Origin: Bacteriovoracia bacterium
GTDB lineage: Bacteria; Bdellovibrionota; Bacteriovoracia; Bacteriovoracales; Bacteriovoracaceae
Assembly (NCBI GenBank): GCA_046570105.1
Contig: JBKHVI010000031.1
Coordinates: forward strand, 1-31,842
Length of the DNA stretch: 31,842 nucleotides
Direction: 5' to 3'
In this document: one piece after another, positions 7,995 to 17,793 of the stretch
How the letters are laid out: every line of letters begins with the position of its first letter
Numbering within the stretch: the first letter of the stretch is position 1
The notes under the pieces: generated by a model
What the model saw: only the letters and a program-made list of their open reading frames with translations
Told to the model about the DNA's origin: nothing
Databases searched by the model: none
Translations under genes and position numbers: made by a program

Positions 7995-9518
7995 CTAATA
8001 TTTAGACAACAAATCAACTAGCTGACCGACCGATGCTTTCATAATGTTCAGGATCGGAGACGGGAAAATACCAAACACGATAACCGCAATACATAGCGGA
8101 AGCATGTAAAGAATCTCGCGAGTATTCATGTCTTCGTAATCTTTTACTTCAGGATTTACGTCACCGAAGAACATACGTTTAAACATCCAAAGTAGATAAG
8201 CGGCACCAATTAAAAGACCGATGATCGCAAGAACGGTCATCGTCGTGAATTTTTGGTAAATGCCCAAGAAAATCAAAGCTTCAGAAATGAACCCAGAAAG
8301 TCCTGGAAGGCCCAAAGAAGCGAACATACCGATGATGAAAACAATCGTGTAGCGCGGGAGTTGAGTATAAAGACCGCCGAAACCCTTTGAACCATCAGGC
8401 TTAACAATCCAGCGATGGTGTGAACGCTCGTAAAGAATACCGATCAACAAGAACATCATAGCGGTCGAAGTTCCGTGGTTGAACATTTGCAACACAGCTC
8501 CGTTCATTCCCTGAACCGTCATGGCCGCAAGGCCCATCATAACAAAGCCCATGTGTGAAACCGAAGAGTAAGCAACGAGCTTCTTAACATCATCCTGGGC
8601 CATCGCACAGAATGCTCCGTAGATAACCGAGATCAAACCAAGCGCTCCAATAATAGTTGAATATTCAACTGAAGCCGCAGGGAAGATTGGGAATGCAATA
8701 CGTAGGAAACCGTAGGTACCCATTTTCAAGAGTACTCCGGCGAGGATAACTGATACCGCAGTTGGCGCTTGAACGTGAGCGTGTGGCAACCAAGTATGGA
8801 ATGGGAAAACGGGAACCTTGATTGCGAAGCCAAGGAACATGGCCCAGAAGAACAAACGTTCAAAGTTAAATTCACTACCAAAAATTTGAACAGTGAGGTC
8901 GGAGAATTTTCCACCATGCATCGCCAAGATATTGAAGGAATCAACGCCTTTGCCGGTTGCGTAGTAGAGCGCAATGATACCCACCAACATCACGATCGAG
9001 CCGAAGAATGTATAAAGGAAGAACTTAACTGCTGCGTATTCGCGATTCTCTCCACCCCAAATACCGATCAAGAAGAACATCGGAAGGAGCATAACTTCCC
9101 AGTAAACGTAGAAGAGGAAGAAATCGAGTGAGAAGAAAACACCGAAAACAGTTGATTGCAACATCAAGAGAAGAGCGAAGTAACCCTTGAGGTTTTTCTC
9201 AACTGTCCATGAAGACATAATACAGAGGAAGAACAACAAGCCGTTAAGCAATGTCATTGGCAAAGAAATGCCATCGATACCTAGGCTATAAAAAATATGA
9301 AATTGCTCAATCCAAGGAACCTTCACGAGGAAGTCTGGTTGCATGCCACCGATACTCTCATCGAAGTTCGCATAAAGAACTAAGGTTAAGATAAAGGTGA
9401 TGGCCGTCGACACCAATGATGTCCAACGAATGATGTTGTCGTTACCTTTTGGGATAAGCAACACTGCGGCCATGCCAAAAACGGGTGACCAAAGAATCCA
9501 GTTAAGAAGACCGTTCAC
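7995..9518 (-). CDS. nuoM: NADH-quinone oxidoreductase subunit M
   Basis: 507 aa, GTG start with GAGGAG SD. Motifs LFYVYWEVML, AIKVPVFPFHTWLPHAHVQAP, LLKMGTYG, AYSSVSHMG, SGFISE. Confidence 0.97.
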   Translation of the reverse strand: MNGLLNWILWSPVFGMAAVLLIPKGNDNIIRWTSLVSTAITFILTLVLYANFDESIGGMQPDFLVKVPWIEQFHIFYSLGIDGISLPMTLLNGLLFFLCIMSSWTVEKNLKGYFALLLMLQSTVFGVFFSLDFFLFYVYWEVMLLPMFFLIGIWGGENREYAAVKFFLYTFFGSIVMLVGIIALYYATGKGVDSFNILAMHGGKFSDLTVQIFGSEFNFERLFFWAMFLGFAIKVPVFPFHTWLPHAHVQAPTAVSVILAGVLLKMGTYGFLRIAFPIFPAASVEYSTIIGALGLISVIYGAFCAMAQDDVKKLVAYSSVSHMGFVMMGLAAMTVQGMNGAVLQMFNHGTSTAMMFLLIGILYERSHHRWIVKPDGSKGFGGLYTQLPRYTIVFIIGMFASLGLPGLSGFISEALIFLGIYQKFTTMTVLAIIGLLIGAAYLLWMFKRMFFGDVNPEVKDYEDMNTREILYMLPLCIAVIVFGIFPSPILNIMKASVGQLVDLLSKY

Positions 9519-9547
9519 GTTATTCTCCTCGCGCTAATAAGCAAAAA

Positions 9548-11707
9548 TCAAAATTTTAAAGTCCAAACGTAGCCGGCCAAAGTAATGATCAAAACTACAA
9601 AGTAGAACTGAATTTTACCTGACTGAACAATACGAAGGACGAGATTAAATAAATTAACAGCAACACCAGTACCGTCTACTCCGATGGAATCAACGATTAC
9701 ATCATCAAACCATTTCGAGGCGCGATACATTTGGCGGTTTACCCAGGCCCAACCATCTACGGCGAAACGATCATAAACACCCATATCAACCCAAGCGAGG
9801 AAGCGATTAAACGGCACCAGGCCCCTTTGAATCGCAACGCCAATATAGAGTTCATCGAAGAAGTATTTGTTTTGAAGAATCTTGGTGTAGCCCTTAAATG
9901 TATCGGCCCATGGCTTAATTGAGCCGCGAATATACATTAAGAATGCGAGGAGAATTCCACCAAAGGCGATAAAGATAGAGGCAATAGCACCATAAGTGTG
10001 TGCGTGGTGAATCCCGTGCTCATCATCAGCCTTAGGACCAACATAACCGGTTTGGTGCTCATAAACAGCTTTTGGTAACTCTGCCTTAACTCTTGTATCA
10101 GTAGATGAGAGTGTTTCACGAGTGCGACCAACAAACTTAGAAGTTACAGGAGCTTCCACTAAAACCTTAAACCATTCCGTTTTAGATCCGAAGACTTTAC
10201 CAAACGATTGGCCAGTCAGGGTTCCGCAATACCAGAAGCCAAGTGTAAACACGGTGAGAATCAAAAGCGGAATATTGCTATTAAAGCCGATGTGTTCTTC
10301 GTGGCAATGATCGTAAATATGATGATCACGCGGTTTTCCAAAGAAAGTTAAGAACATCATGCGGAACATATAGAACGCCGTAAGGAATGCTCCACCAAAG
10401 CCCAGAATTGGCACAATCATCCAGAATTTATTCTGACCAGCAAATGTTCCCCAGAAGAGGGCATCCCCAAGGATACGATCTTTAGAAACAAATCCCGCAA
10501 AGAATGGAACACCGGCAATAGCAAGAGTACAGCACATCATGGCGATGAATGTGTAAGGTAGTTTTTTGCGAAGTCCGCCAAGCTTGGGCATCTCTTGTTC
10601 ATGAACAGAGTGAATAACCGAACCGGCAGATAGGAACAAACATGCCTTAAACACAGCGTGCGTGATCAAGTGCATGAAAGCGGCATTATAAGATCCAACG
10701 CCTACACCCATCACCATATAACCAAGTTGCGAAATAGTAGAGAAGGCGAGCACGGCTTTAAGATCTGTCTGAACAAGAGCAATCGTGGCTGCACCAAAAG
10801 CGGTGATGGCACCAATCAAGGCAATAAAGTGAGTAAGCTCACCCGCTTCCATTAGTGGATAAGTACGAAGAGAAAGATAAACACCAGCCGCAACCATGGT
10901 GGCAGCATGGATCAAAGCAGAACATGGTGTCGGTCCCATCATCGCATCTGGGAGCCAGACCTGCAGCGGGAACTGAGCCGACTTTCCAATTGTGCCCATA
11001 AAGACGCAGAAAGCAGCGAAAGTTGCGAGAGAAATTCCCCAGATTTGCAGACCTGCAAACTTGCCTTCGGCAATAGCAGCATAAATATCAACGAAATTAA
11101 CTGAACCCACTACATGCCAAACCATCACAATACCAAGAAGGAGAAAAACGTCCCCCACTCGGGTTGTCATGAAGGCTTTAAGCGAAGCATTTCCAGCTTT
11201 TTCTTTTTCGTAATAGAAACCGATCAAAGAATACGAACAGAAACCCATGATCTCCCAGAAGATAAAGAGAGAGAGCAAGTTGTCAGAGAGAACAAGACCC
11301 AGCATCGCGCTTGTGAACAATGAAACATAAACAAAGAAACGACCATAGCGCGGGTCATCGTGCATGTACCAGGTAGAGAAGAGGTGAATGAGTGTCGCGA
11401 CACCCGTCACCATCAACAACATAATGGCGCCCATATTATCAATATAGATACCCATATCGATTTTAAACGATTGGCCACCGGCAGAAAGGTCGAACCAGTT
11501 AAATACTTTATGAATGTAGTAGTCCGTTGCGAATGTTCCGGTGAAGTCTAAGAAGATTCTAAGAGCAAAAAGGAACGAAACAAAAATCGCCAACACGGCC
11601 AACCAATCGCCGTGACGAGGAAGTTTGTGACCAAAGAACGCATTAATTACAAATGCGAGAAATGGGCAAAGGAAAATCGGAGCGATAGTGCCAATTGTGT
11701 ATTCCAT
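9548..11707 (-). CDS. nuoL: NADH-quinone oxidoreductase subunit L
   Basis: 719 aa. Motifs FIFWEIMG, GKSAQFPLQVWLPDAM, SALIHAATMVAAG, STISQLG, HLITHAVFKA, plus a C-terminal lateral helix. Confidence 0.97.
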   Translation of the reverse strand: MEYTIGTIAPIFLCPFLAFVINAFFGHKLPRHGDWLAVLAIFVSFLFALRIFLDFTGTFATDYYIHKVFNWFDLSAGGQSFKIDMGIYIDNMGAIMLLMVTGVATLIHLFSTWYMHDDPRYGRFFVYVSLFTSAMLGLVLSDNLLSLFIFWEIMGFCSYSLIGFYYEKEKAGNASLKAFMTTRVGDVFLLLGIVMVWHVVGSVNFVDIYAAIAEGKFAGLQIWGISLATFAAFCVFMGTIGKSAQFPLQVWLPDAMMGPTPCSALIHAATMVAAGVYLSLRTYPLMEAGELTHFIALIGAITAFGAATIALVQTDLKAVLAFSTISQLGYMVMGVGVGSYNAAFMHLITHAVFKACLFLSAGSVIHSVHEQEMPKLGGLRKKLPYTFIAMMCCTLAIAGVPFFAGFVSKDRILGDALFWGTFAGQNKFWMIVPILGFGGAFLTAFYMFRMMFLTFFGKPRDHHIYDHCHEEHIGFNSNIPLLILTVFTLGFWYCGTLTGQSFGKVFGSKTEWFKVLVEAPVTSKFVGRTRETLSSTDTRVKAELPKAVYEHQTGYVGPKADDEHGIHHAHTYGAIASIFIAFGGILLAFLMYIRGSIKPWADTFKGYTKILQNKYFFDELYIGVAIQRGLVPFNRFLAWVDMGVYDRFAVDGWAWVNRQMYRASKWFDDVIVDSIGVDGTGVAVNLFNLVLRIVQSGKIQFYFVVLIITLAGYVWTLKF

Positions 11708-11711
11708 GACG

Positions 11712-12017
11712 TTAATTCCTCAACTGTGTCGCTTCATCAATGTGGATCGTCTCTTTAAGCTGGAAGAAACGAATAACAATCGCCAACCCAACGGCTGCTT
11801 CAGCGGCAGCAATAACGATAATAAAGAGACTAAAGATATGACCATCCAGGTTATTGGTCACAAATTTTGAATAAGCGACGAAGTTTAGCGCTGCTGCATT
11901 CAAAATAAGTTCAATACCCAAAAGAATTGCCACGATATTTTTTCGCGACAACATCACCATAATTCCCACTAAAAAGAGAATCATCGAAATAACTAGATAT
12001 GACGCCAAAGTAATCAC
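11712..12017 (-). CDS. nuoK: NADH-quinone oxidoreductase subunit K
   Basis: 101 aa from GTG 12017 with AAGGAG SD (ORF-track start 12113 is over-extended). Motifs RKNIVAILLGIELILN and AAAEAAVGLA. Confidence 0.96.
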   Translation of the reverse strand: MITLASYLVISMILFLVGIMVMLSRKNIVAILLGIELILNAAALNFVAYSKFVTNNLDGHIFSLFIIVIAAAEAAVGLAIVIRFFQLKETIHIDEATQLRN

Positions 12018-12027
12018 GGCGCGCTCC

Positions 12028-12558
12028 TTATTGCTTACGTGGACGAGCAATGATCGCTGCACCCACCAAGGCTCCGAGCAAAAGCACGGAAGAAAGTTCA
12101 AAGGCCAAGACATGGTCTTTCACCAAGAGATGACCAATTTTATTAACTGTTGATTCAAAAGAACCGTCGTTCTTCTTTTCGGCCATGGCACCCAAGCGAG
12201 ACAAGAGTTGAATATTGGTGAGCAAAAAGACCACCGCCACCAAACCGCCAACCGCATAGCTCCAAGCGTTGCCCATTGTGGGCATTAGTCCCAACAAACT
12301 TTGAGCCTTTGAAATGAAGTCCTTACCGCCCGTAAGCATCACTGCGAACAACATGAGAATTACGATGCCACCGACATAAACCATAACCTGGGTTACAGCG
12401 ACAAAGTCAGCGCCCAACGTAGCGTAGAGGCCTGCGATTCCGATTAAAGAACCGAGAAGGAAAATACATGAATGCATAATGTTTTTAGTTGTAAGGACAA
12501 GAATTGCGCTTACAACCGTCAACAAAGCAGAGCCAAGGAATAGGATGTCTAAAAACAT
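12028..12558 (-). CDS. nuoJ: NADH-quinone oxidoreductase subunit J
   Basis: 176 aa. Motifs ADFVAVTQVMVYVGGIVILMLF and AFELSSVLLLGALVGA. Confidence 0.96.
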   Translation of the reverse strand: MFLDILFLGSALLTVVSAILVLTTKNIMHSCIFLLGSLIGIAGLYATLGADFVAVTQVMVYVGGIVILMLFAVMLTGGKDFISKAQSLLGLMPTMGNAWSYAVGGLVAVVFLLTNIQLLSRLGAMAEKKNDGSFESTVNKIGHLLVKDHVLAFELSSVLLLGALVGAAIIARPRKQ

Positions 12559-12559
12559 A

Positions 12560-13675
12560 TTAGTGCCCCATCAAGAGTTGTGCCATCGACTGGCCTTTAA
12601 ACACCACCATCCAAACTGCACAACCAACTAAATTAAAGATGGCAATTGGAGTGAGGTATTTCCAGCAGATCGACATAAGTTGATCGACGCGAAGGCGAGG
12701 GAAGGTCCAGCGCACCCAAATAACAACATAGTAAAGAGCAAGTGACTTACCCACGATGATGCTAATTTGAATCAGCTGAATCGGAATCATGTCGATTTCG
12801 AGTTTTACTGGAAGATTGTAGCCTCCCAAGAAGAGGGCAGCCGCTACACCACTCACGACAAATACTTCAATGTATTCTGCCAAAGCAAAGAAACCAAAGC
12901 GCATTCCGGTATATTCTGTGTGGTAACCAGAAACGAGTTCCGATTCTGCTTCAGGAAGATCGAAGGGAGCACGGTTTGTTTCAGCAAGCGCACCAACGAA
13001 ATAAACAAAGAAAGCAATAAATGCGAATGGATTATGAAAAATAAACCAATTTGTTAGGAAACCTTCTTGTTTCGCAACAATATTACCAAATGACATTGAG
13101 CCGGCAAGTAGCGTGATAGTGAGAACTGAAATGGTGACTGGAATTTCATAAGAAATGATCTGCGAGGCTCCACGCATACCACCCAACATTGACCATTTTG
13201 AGTTTGAAGCATATCCACCCAAGAAAACGCCCACACCCACCAAGGATGAAATGGCGATTAAATAGAACACGCCAACATTGAGATCAACCAAAGTGAAGCC
13301 ACTTGAAACGGGAAAAACTGCTAGGGTTGCAAACACACCAACAAGACACATCAGTGGTGCTAAATAGAATAAGAATTTGTCAGCCGTACGAGGCATAACA
13401 TCTTCCTTAGTCATCATTTTTACGCCGTCGGCGAGAAATTGCAAAATACCGAACGGGCCAACACGGTTAGGCCCCATACGCATTTGAATATCGGCAGAAA
13501 TTTTTCTTTCTGCATATGTTCCAAGACCGCCAATGGTCGCTGCTACTGCAACGAAAATACCCGCGAAGACAAAAAAGATAATTGTTGTGAGTAGCAATGA
13601 GTTCTCACCAAAAAAAGCGGTGAGATAATCAAAAAATTCATATTGAGCAAGATAAGTAACGACTGTTTCATTCAT
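12560..13675 (-). CDS. nuoH: NADH-quinone oxidoreductase subunit H
   Basis: 371 aa. Motifs ERKISADIQMRMGPNRVG, ADGVK..KED, ISYE, AETNRAPFDLPEAESELVSGYHTEY, PRLRVDQL. Confidence 0.97.
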   Translation of the reverse strand: MNETVVTYLAQYEFFDYLTAFFGENSLLLTTIIFFVFAGIFVAVAATIGGLGTYAERKISADIQMRMGPNRVGPFGILQFLADGVKMMTKEDVMPRTADKFLFYLAPLMCLVGVFATLAVFPVSSGFTLVDLNVGVFYLIAISSLVGVGVFLGGYASNSKWSMLGGMRGASQIISYEIPVTISVLTITLLAGSMSFGNIVAKQEGFLTNWFIFHNPFAFIAFFVYFVGALAETNRAPFDLPEAESELVSGYHTEYTGMRFGFFALAEYIEVFVVSGVAAALFLGGYNLPVKLEIDMIPIQLIQISIIVGKSLALYYVVIWVRWTFPRLRVDQLMSICWKYLTPIAIFNLVGCAVWMVVFKGQSMAQLLMGH

Positions 13676-14115
13676 ACTGAAACCTTCTTCGACTGAGTAA
13701 CGGTAGATTTACGAGCAGAGACTTGGTAACTCTTCACCCAATCCAAATCGCCTTTTTTCCAACAGTAGGCGATGCCCTCAATCAACACAGAAATAAAGCT
13801 TAAGAAAACTAAAAGGATGTAAACACCTTCACCCATGGCGTTCATTTCGTTAAAAATTGTGGCCACAGGGAACATAAGAACCGATTCGACGTCGAAAATA
13901 ATAAAAATTAATCCTACGACGTAGAAACGAATGTTGAACGCTGACCAAGCCGAACCAACGGGTATTTCACCGCACTCATAGGCAGTTTGTTTAAGCTGAG
14001 TAGGTTTCTTGCGGCTGAGTAAAACGGAAGCAAAATGGCCACCGAGAAACAGCAACACCGCTAGTCCCATCATGATAACAACGGGCATCAATCCATCGAT
14101 TTGGGTGGATGTCAT
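13672..14115 (-). CDS. nuoA: NADH-quinone oxidoreductase subunit A
   Basis: 147 aa from ATG 14115 with GGAG SD. Motifs YECG, FIIFDVE, WKKGDLDW. ATGA overlap with nuoH. Confidence 0.96.
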   Translation of the reverse strand: MTSTQIDGLMPVVIMMGLAVLLFLGGHFASVLLSRKKPTQLKQTAYECGEIPVGSAWSAFNIRFYVVGLIFIIFDVESVLMFPVATIFNEMNAMGEGVYILLVFLSFISVLIEGIAYCWKKGDLDWVKSYQVSARKSTVTQSKKVSV

Positions 14116-14272
14116 GGGGTCTCCAGGGAGAATAAACTTTAATGAAAAAACACCTTTACGATACAAAAGTTGTTGAAAAGAGCAAAGATGTTATTTTGAT
14201 GTGCTTAAGGTAGATTGCCTCGAAAATAAGTGAACAGTACTTGAGCAATCTTGGTCCCAACAGAGCTTCACC
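14116..14272. promoter_or_regulatory. Divergent promoter region between nuoA and mfd
   Basis: AT-rich 157-nt gap between divergent operons. One candidate on the minus strand is TTGCTC-16nt-TATCGT (14185-14158), a weak match. Confidence 0.5.
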
Positions 14273-17200
14273 ATGAATCCGTTTAGTAGTTTGAGTAATC
14301 GCATTAATCTTTGGCGCAACAGTGACCAAGGAGAAATGTTTATCCGCGGTGTGTCTCCGAGTGCATGGGGATTCATCTATGAGGCATCGCTTCATTCGCT
14401 TTTTAGCTCTCAACACCAATTGATTATTACGGCAAATCCCGAAGAGGCTGAACAGGTTTGGGAAAATTTTAAACATAGGCCTCGTGCATTATTTTATCCA
14501 GGTCTCGGCCATTCACCATACACCAGCATCATTTCGTCTGAGTCTTCGCTGATTCAGCGCTTTCGCGTCTTGTCACAATTGGTGCAAGACCCAAGGCCGT
14601 GTTTAATTATTACCTCGCTTGAAGCAGCTTCTCTTTATGTGCCCCCACCGAGTTTTTTTGAGAAATTTTCTTTAATCTTAAAGGTAGACGACATTGTCTC
14701 GCCGCATGATCTTGCAGAAAAACTCGTTTCTCTTGGTTATAGAGCTACACCATCAGTTGAAGAGCCAGGAACATTTACACGCAAGGGTGAAGTTTTTGAT
14801 ATTTTTCCCCTAAGAGAGCGACCTATTCGTTTGCATTACTTTGACGATTTGATCGAGAGTATCGTTGAAGTTGATACTGAGACTCAAAAATCCATCTCAG
14901 ATGCTAAACTTAACGAAATCATACTCGCTCCGGCACCCGGAATTTTTGCGCGTGAAGAATTTCATTCCGTGTTGAGAGAAAATCTTCCGCAGGCCCAACC
15001 TCAATTTAAAAATCGTTACGACATTCGAAAAAGTGTTTTTCAACAACTGGGTCAAGGTCAGCTTTTTGAAAACTACCCCGTGTTTACACCACTTTTTTTT
15101 AACGAACCAGCGACGCTCACTTCTTTCTTAAAATCCGATGCACTCATAACTGAAATTAATCGAACTAACGCCAGACAAGAATGGGATTTAACCTTCACGC
15201 AGTGGCAAGATGAATTTCAACAAGAAGCTGAACGCAACGATTCGCAAGTTATCTTGCCCGCTCCACATAAACTTGCGGCTGAATCTATTCTGAATAAAGC
15301 CAAATTCCGTCTTGTCGTGGAAACGCTCGATATTGCCATTGATCTCGAAGAGGGTATGAGAAACGAAATTCATCTCGGAATCACCAGTCTTCGCAATCAA
15401 ATCATGCAGAAAATTCAGGCGAAACTAGGCAGTGTACCCGATAATAAATTCGCCTACATCAAGGCCATGCTCAACACACTGAAAGATGAACTTCGTTTGG
15501 GTGCCAAGCTTCTGGTTGTTCCTAGAAACGATTCATCGAAACAAGAATTTGAATTTTTACTAAAAGAAAACGATCTTCCACTTCAGGGTGATCAAGTCGG
15601 CTGGCTGCAATTTCCTCTTGCTGAAGGTTTCTACTATAAAGCAGAAAATCTTTGGGTATTGGGTGAGTCGGATTTATTTTCAGCCAAACAAAAGAAAGCC
15701 AAAAAAACAGCCGCAACCAATCCGGATCTATTTGCCGAGCAGCTCGCGACTCTAAAGGCCGGAGACTTTGTTGTTCACAGAGATTTTGGTATTGGAAAAT
15801 ATCTTGGTCTTGAGAGTTTGAAAGTCGCTGACCAAGAATCGGATTTTCTTGTTATTGAATATGAAAATCGCGACAAGGTATATGTCCCGGTTTATCGACT
15901 TAATCTTGTACAAAAGCACGCCGATGCAAATGCGGGCGTAAAAGTTGCCAACCTTCAATCTAAGAAGTTCTCTGAGCAGAAGGCAAAAGCGCGACTATCA
16001 GTTAAGAAATTAGCATTCGATCTTTTAAGAATGCAGGCAGAGCGAAAACTCGCTGGAGGATTTCCTTTTTCTGCACCGGAACATATGTTCCGCGAATTTG
16101 AGATGTCGTTTCCATTTGAAGAAACACCCGATCAACTAAAAGCCATCAATGATGTGCTTGATGATATGCAGGCACAATTTCCAATGGATCGCTTGGTTTG
16201 TGGTGATGTCGGTTTCGGTAAAACGGAAGTCGCCATTCGTGCAGCCTTCAAGGCCGTGCTGGATAAAAAACAAGTTGTTGTTCTGGTCCCAACCACCGTT
16301 TTGGCACTCCAACATTTCCATTCATTCAAAAGACGCTTCCAAAATTTCCCTGTGACTATCGAAATGCTTTCTCGTTTCAAAACAGCCAAAGAATCAAAAG
16401 AAGTGGTTGAAAAACTTAAAGAGGGGAAAGTTGATATCGTCATTGGTACCCATGCTGTTCTTTCGGACAAAGTTGAATTTCAAGACTTAGGACTCGTAGT
16501 GATTGATGAAGAGCATCGCTTTGGGGTGAATCACAAAGAAAAGCTAAAAGTTCTTAAGCAAGGTGTTGATGTTCTCACAATGACTGCGACACCTATTCCG
16601 CGAACCATGCAGATGGCGTTTATTGGTGTGAGAGATATGTCGATCATTCAAACCGCACCACCAAGACGTCAGGCCATTAAATCTTATATTATCAAAGAAG
16701 ATGATGTGACCCTAAAGTCTGCCATCGACAAAGAGCTTGGAAGGGGTGGCCAAGTATTCTATGTTCACAATCGCGTGCATGATATTGAAGAACACGAACT
16801 TTATTTAAAGAAGCTTGTTCCTAAAGCGCGTATCACTGTCACGCATGGCCAGATGCCTGAGCGAGAACTCGAAAAACGCATTAATGATTTTATTGAACAC
16901 AAAAGCGACATCTTGCTTTCGACTACAATCATTGAATCAGGCATTGATATTCCCAATGCGAATACCATGATCATTGATCGTGCGGACACATATGGCCTAG
17001 CCCAACTTCACCAATTACGTGGTCGTATTGGCCGCTCTGACCGTAAGGCCTATGCCTACTTTATGGTGCCCGATAATCGCATACTCACTGAAGTGGCCAC
17101 TCGTCGTTTGCAAGCACTGCAAACTTACGCCGATATGGGCTCAGGCTTTTCTTTAGCCTCTGCTGATTTAGAAATTCGTGGAGCCGGTGATATTTTGGGA

Positions 17201-17755
17201 GCCGAACAACACGGACACGTTGATCAAATTGGCCTTGAACTTTATATGGATTTGTTACAAGAAGCGGTGTTGGAATTGAAAGGTGAGCGCAAAATGTCAG
17301 CGCGAAATATTGAAATCCAAGCACCTTACAACGCTTTCATCCCAAACAATTACATTATTGATCATGCTACTCGATTAAAATATTACAAACGCCTCTCAAA
17401 TGCTGACCGCCTAGAGAGACTTGAAGAGCTCAACTCTGAGATGGCCGACGTTTTTGGTCTCATTCCAAAAGAGTTGGAATCACTTTTTGCAATTCTGAGA
17501 ACAAGACTATGGTTTAGACCTTTGGGTGTTCGACTTGCGAAAGTGTCAGGTAACACTGTGACATTGTTCTTCGATCAAGAAGTGATTGAAGGTAATGATG
17601 GTCTGCGTGACAAAATTCTTAACGTGTTTATGGGTAAACCTAAACTGTACAAAATTAATCCAGATGCATCGATTCAGTGTTTCTTCAAAGAGAACATCAA
17701 TCAGCATATGCTTCTAGAATTCGCGAAACATGTTGCGGGGCAAATCGGGGCATGA
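14273..17755 (+). CDS. mfd: Transcription-repair coupling factor
   Basis: 1160 aa. UvrB-like N-terminus (GTFTRKGEVFDIF), RID (GDFVVHRDFGIGKY), GDVGFGKT, DEEHRFG, TATPIPRT, QLRGRIGR, DLEIRGAG, C-terminal TRCF domain. Confidence 0.98.
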   Translation: MNPFSSLSNRINLWRNSDQGEMFIRGVSPSAWGFIYEASLHSLFSSQHQLIITANPEEAEQVWENFKHRPRALFYPGLGHSPYTSIISSESSLIQRFRVLSQLVQDPRPCLIITSLEAASLYVPPPSFFEKFSLILKVDDIVSPHDLAEKLVSLGYRATPSVEEPGTFTRKGEVFDIFPLRERPIRLHYFDDLIESIVEVDTETQKSISDAKLNEIILAPAPGIFAREEFHSVLRENLPQAQPQFKNRYDIRKSVFQQLGQGQLFENYPVFTPLFFNEPATLTSFLKSDALITEINRTNARQEWDLTFTQWQDEFQQEAERNDSQVILPAPHKLAAESILNKAKFRLVVETLDIAIDLEEGMRNEIHLGITSLRNQIMQKIQAKLGSVPDNKFAYIKAMLNTLKDELRLGAKLLVVPRNDSSKQEFEFLLKENDLPLQGDQVGWLQFPLAEGFYYKAENLWVLGESDLFSAKQKKAKKTAATNPDLFAEQLATLKAGDFVVHRDFGIGKYLGLESLKVADQESDFLVIEYENRDKVYVPVYRLNLVQKHADANAGVKVANLQSKKFSEQKAKARLSVKKLAFDLLRMQAERKLAGGFPFSAPEHMFREFEMSFPFEETPDQLKAINDVLDDMQAQFPMDRLVCGDVGFGKTEVAIRAAFKAVLDKKQVVVLVPTTVLALQHFHSFKRRFQNFPVTIEMLSRFKTAKESKEVVEKLKEGKVDIVIGTHAVLSDKVEFQDLGLVVIDEEHRFGVNHKEKLKVLKQGVDVLTMTATPIPRTMQMAFIGVRDMSIIQTAPPRRQAIKSYIIKEDDVTLKSAIDKELGRGGQVFYVHNRVHDIEEHELYLKKLVPKARITVTHGQMPERELEKRINDFIEHKSDILLSTTIIESGIDIPNANTMIIDRADTYGLAQLHQLRGRIGRSDRKAYAYFMVPDNRILTEVATRRLQALQTYADMGSGFSLASADLEIRGAGDILGAEQHGHVDQIGLELYMDLLQEAVLELKGERKMSARNIEIQAPYNAFIPNNYIIDHATRLKYYKRLSNADRLERLEELNSEMADVFGLIPKELESLFAILRTRLWFRPLGVRLAKVSGNTVTLFFDQEVIEGNDGLRDKILNVFMGKPKLYKINPDASIQCFFKENINQHMLLEFAKHVAGQIGA

Positions 17756-17793
17756 TAGCGTTTTTACTAGCACTAAAACCCTCGAGGACGATT

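Noticed and set aside
10112..10127. TGTTTCACG half-match to a parS site
   Set aside because: The second half of the palindrome is missing, and it lies in nuoL coding sequence.
12018..12113. ORF-track N-terminal extension of nuoK (similar extensions for nuoA, the PPIase, uvrA, gyrB and the TPR lipoprotein)
   Set aside because: Downstream starts have good SD sequences and family-typical N-termini; most of the extensions run into neighbouring genes.
14156..14476. 106-aa and 61-aa minus-strand ORFs upstream of nuoA
   Set aside because: They are antisense to the mfd 5' end, span the promoter gap and show no recognisable motifs.
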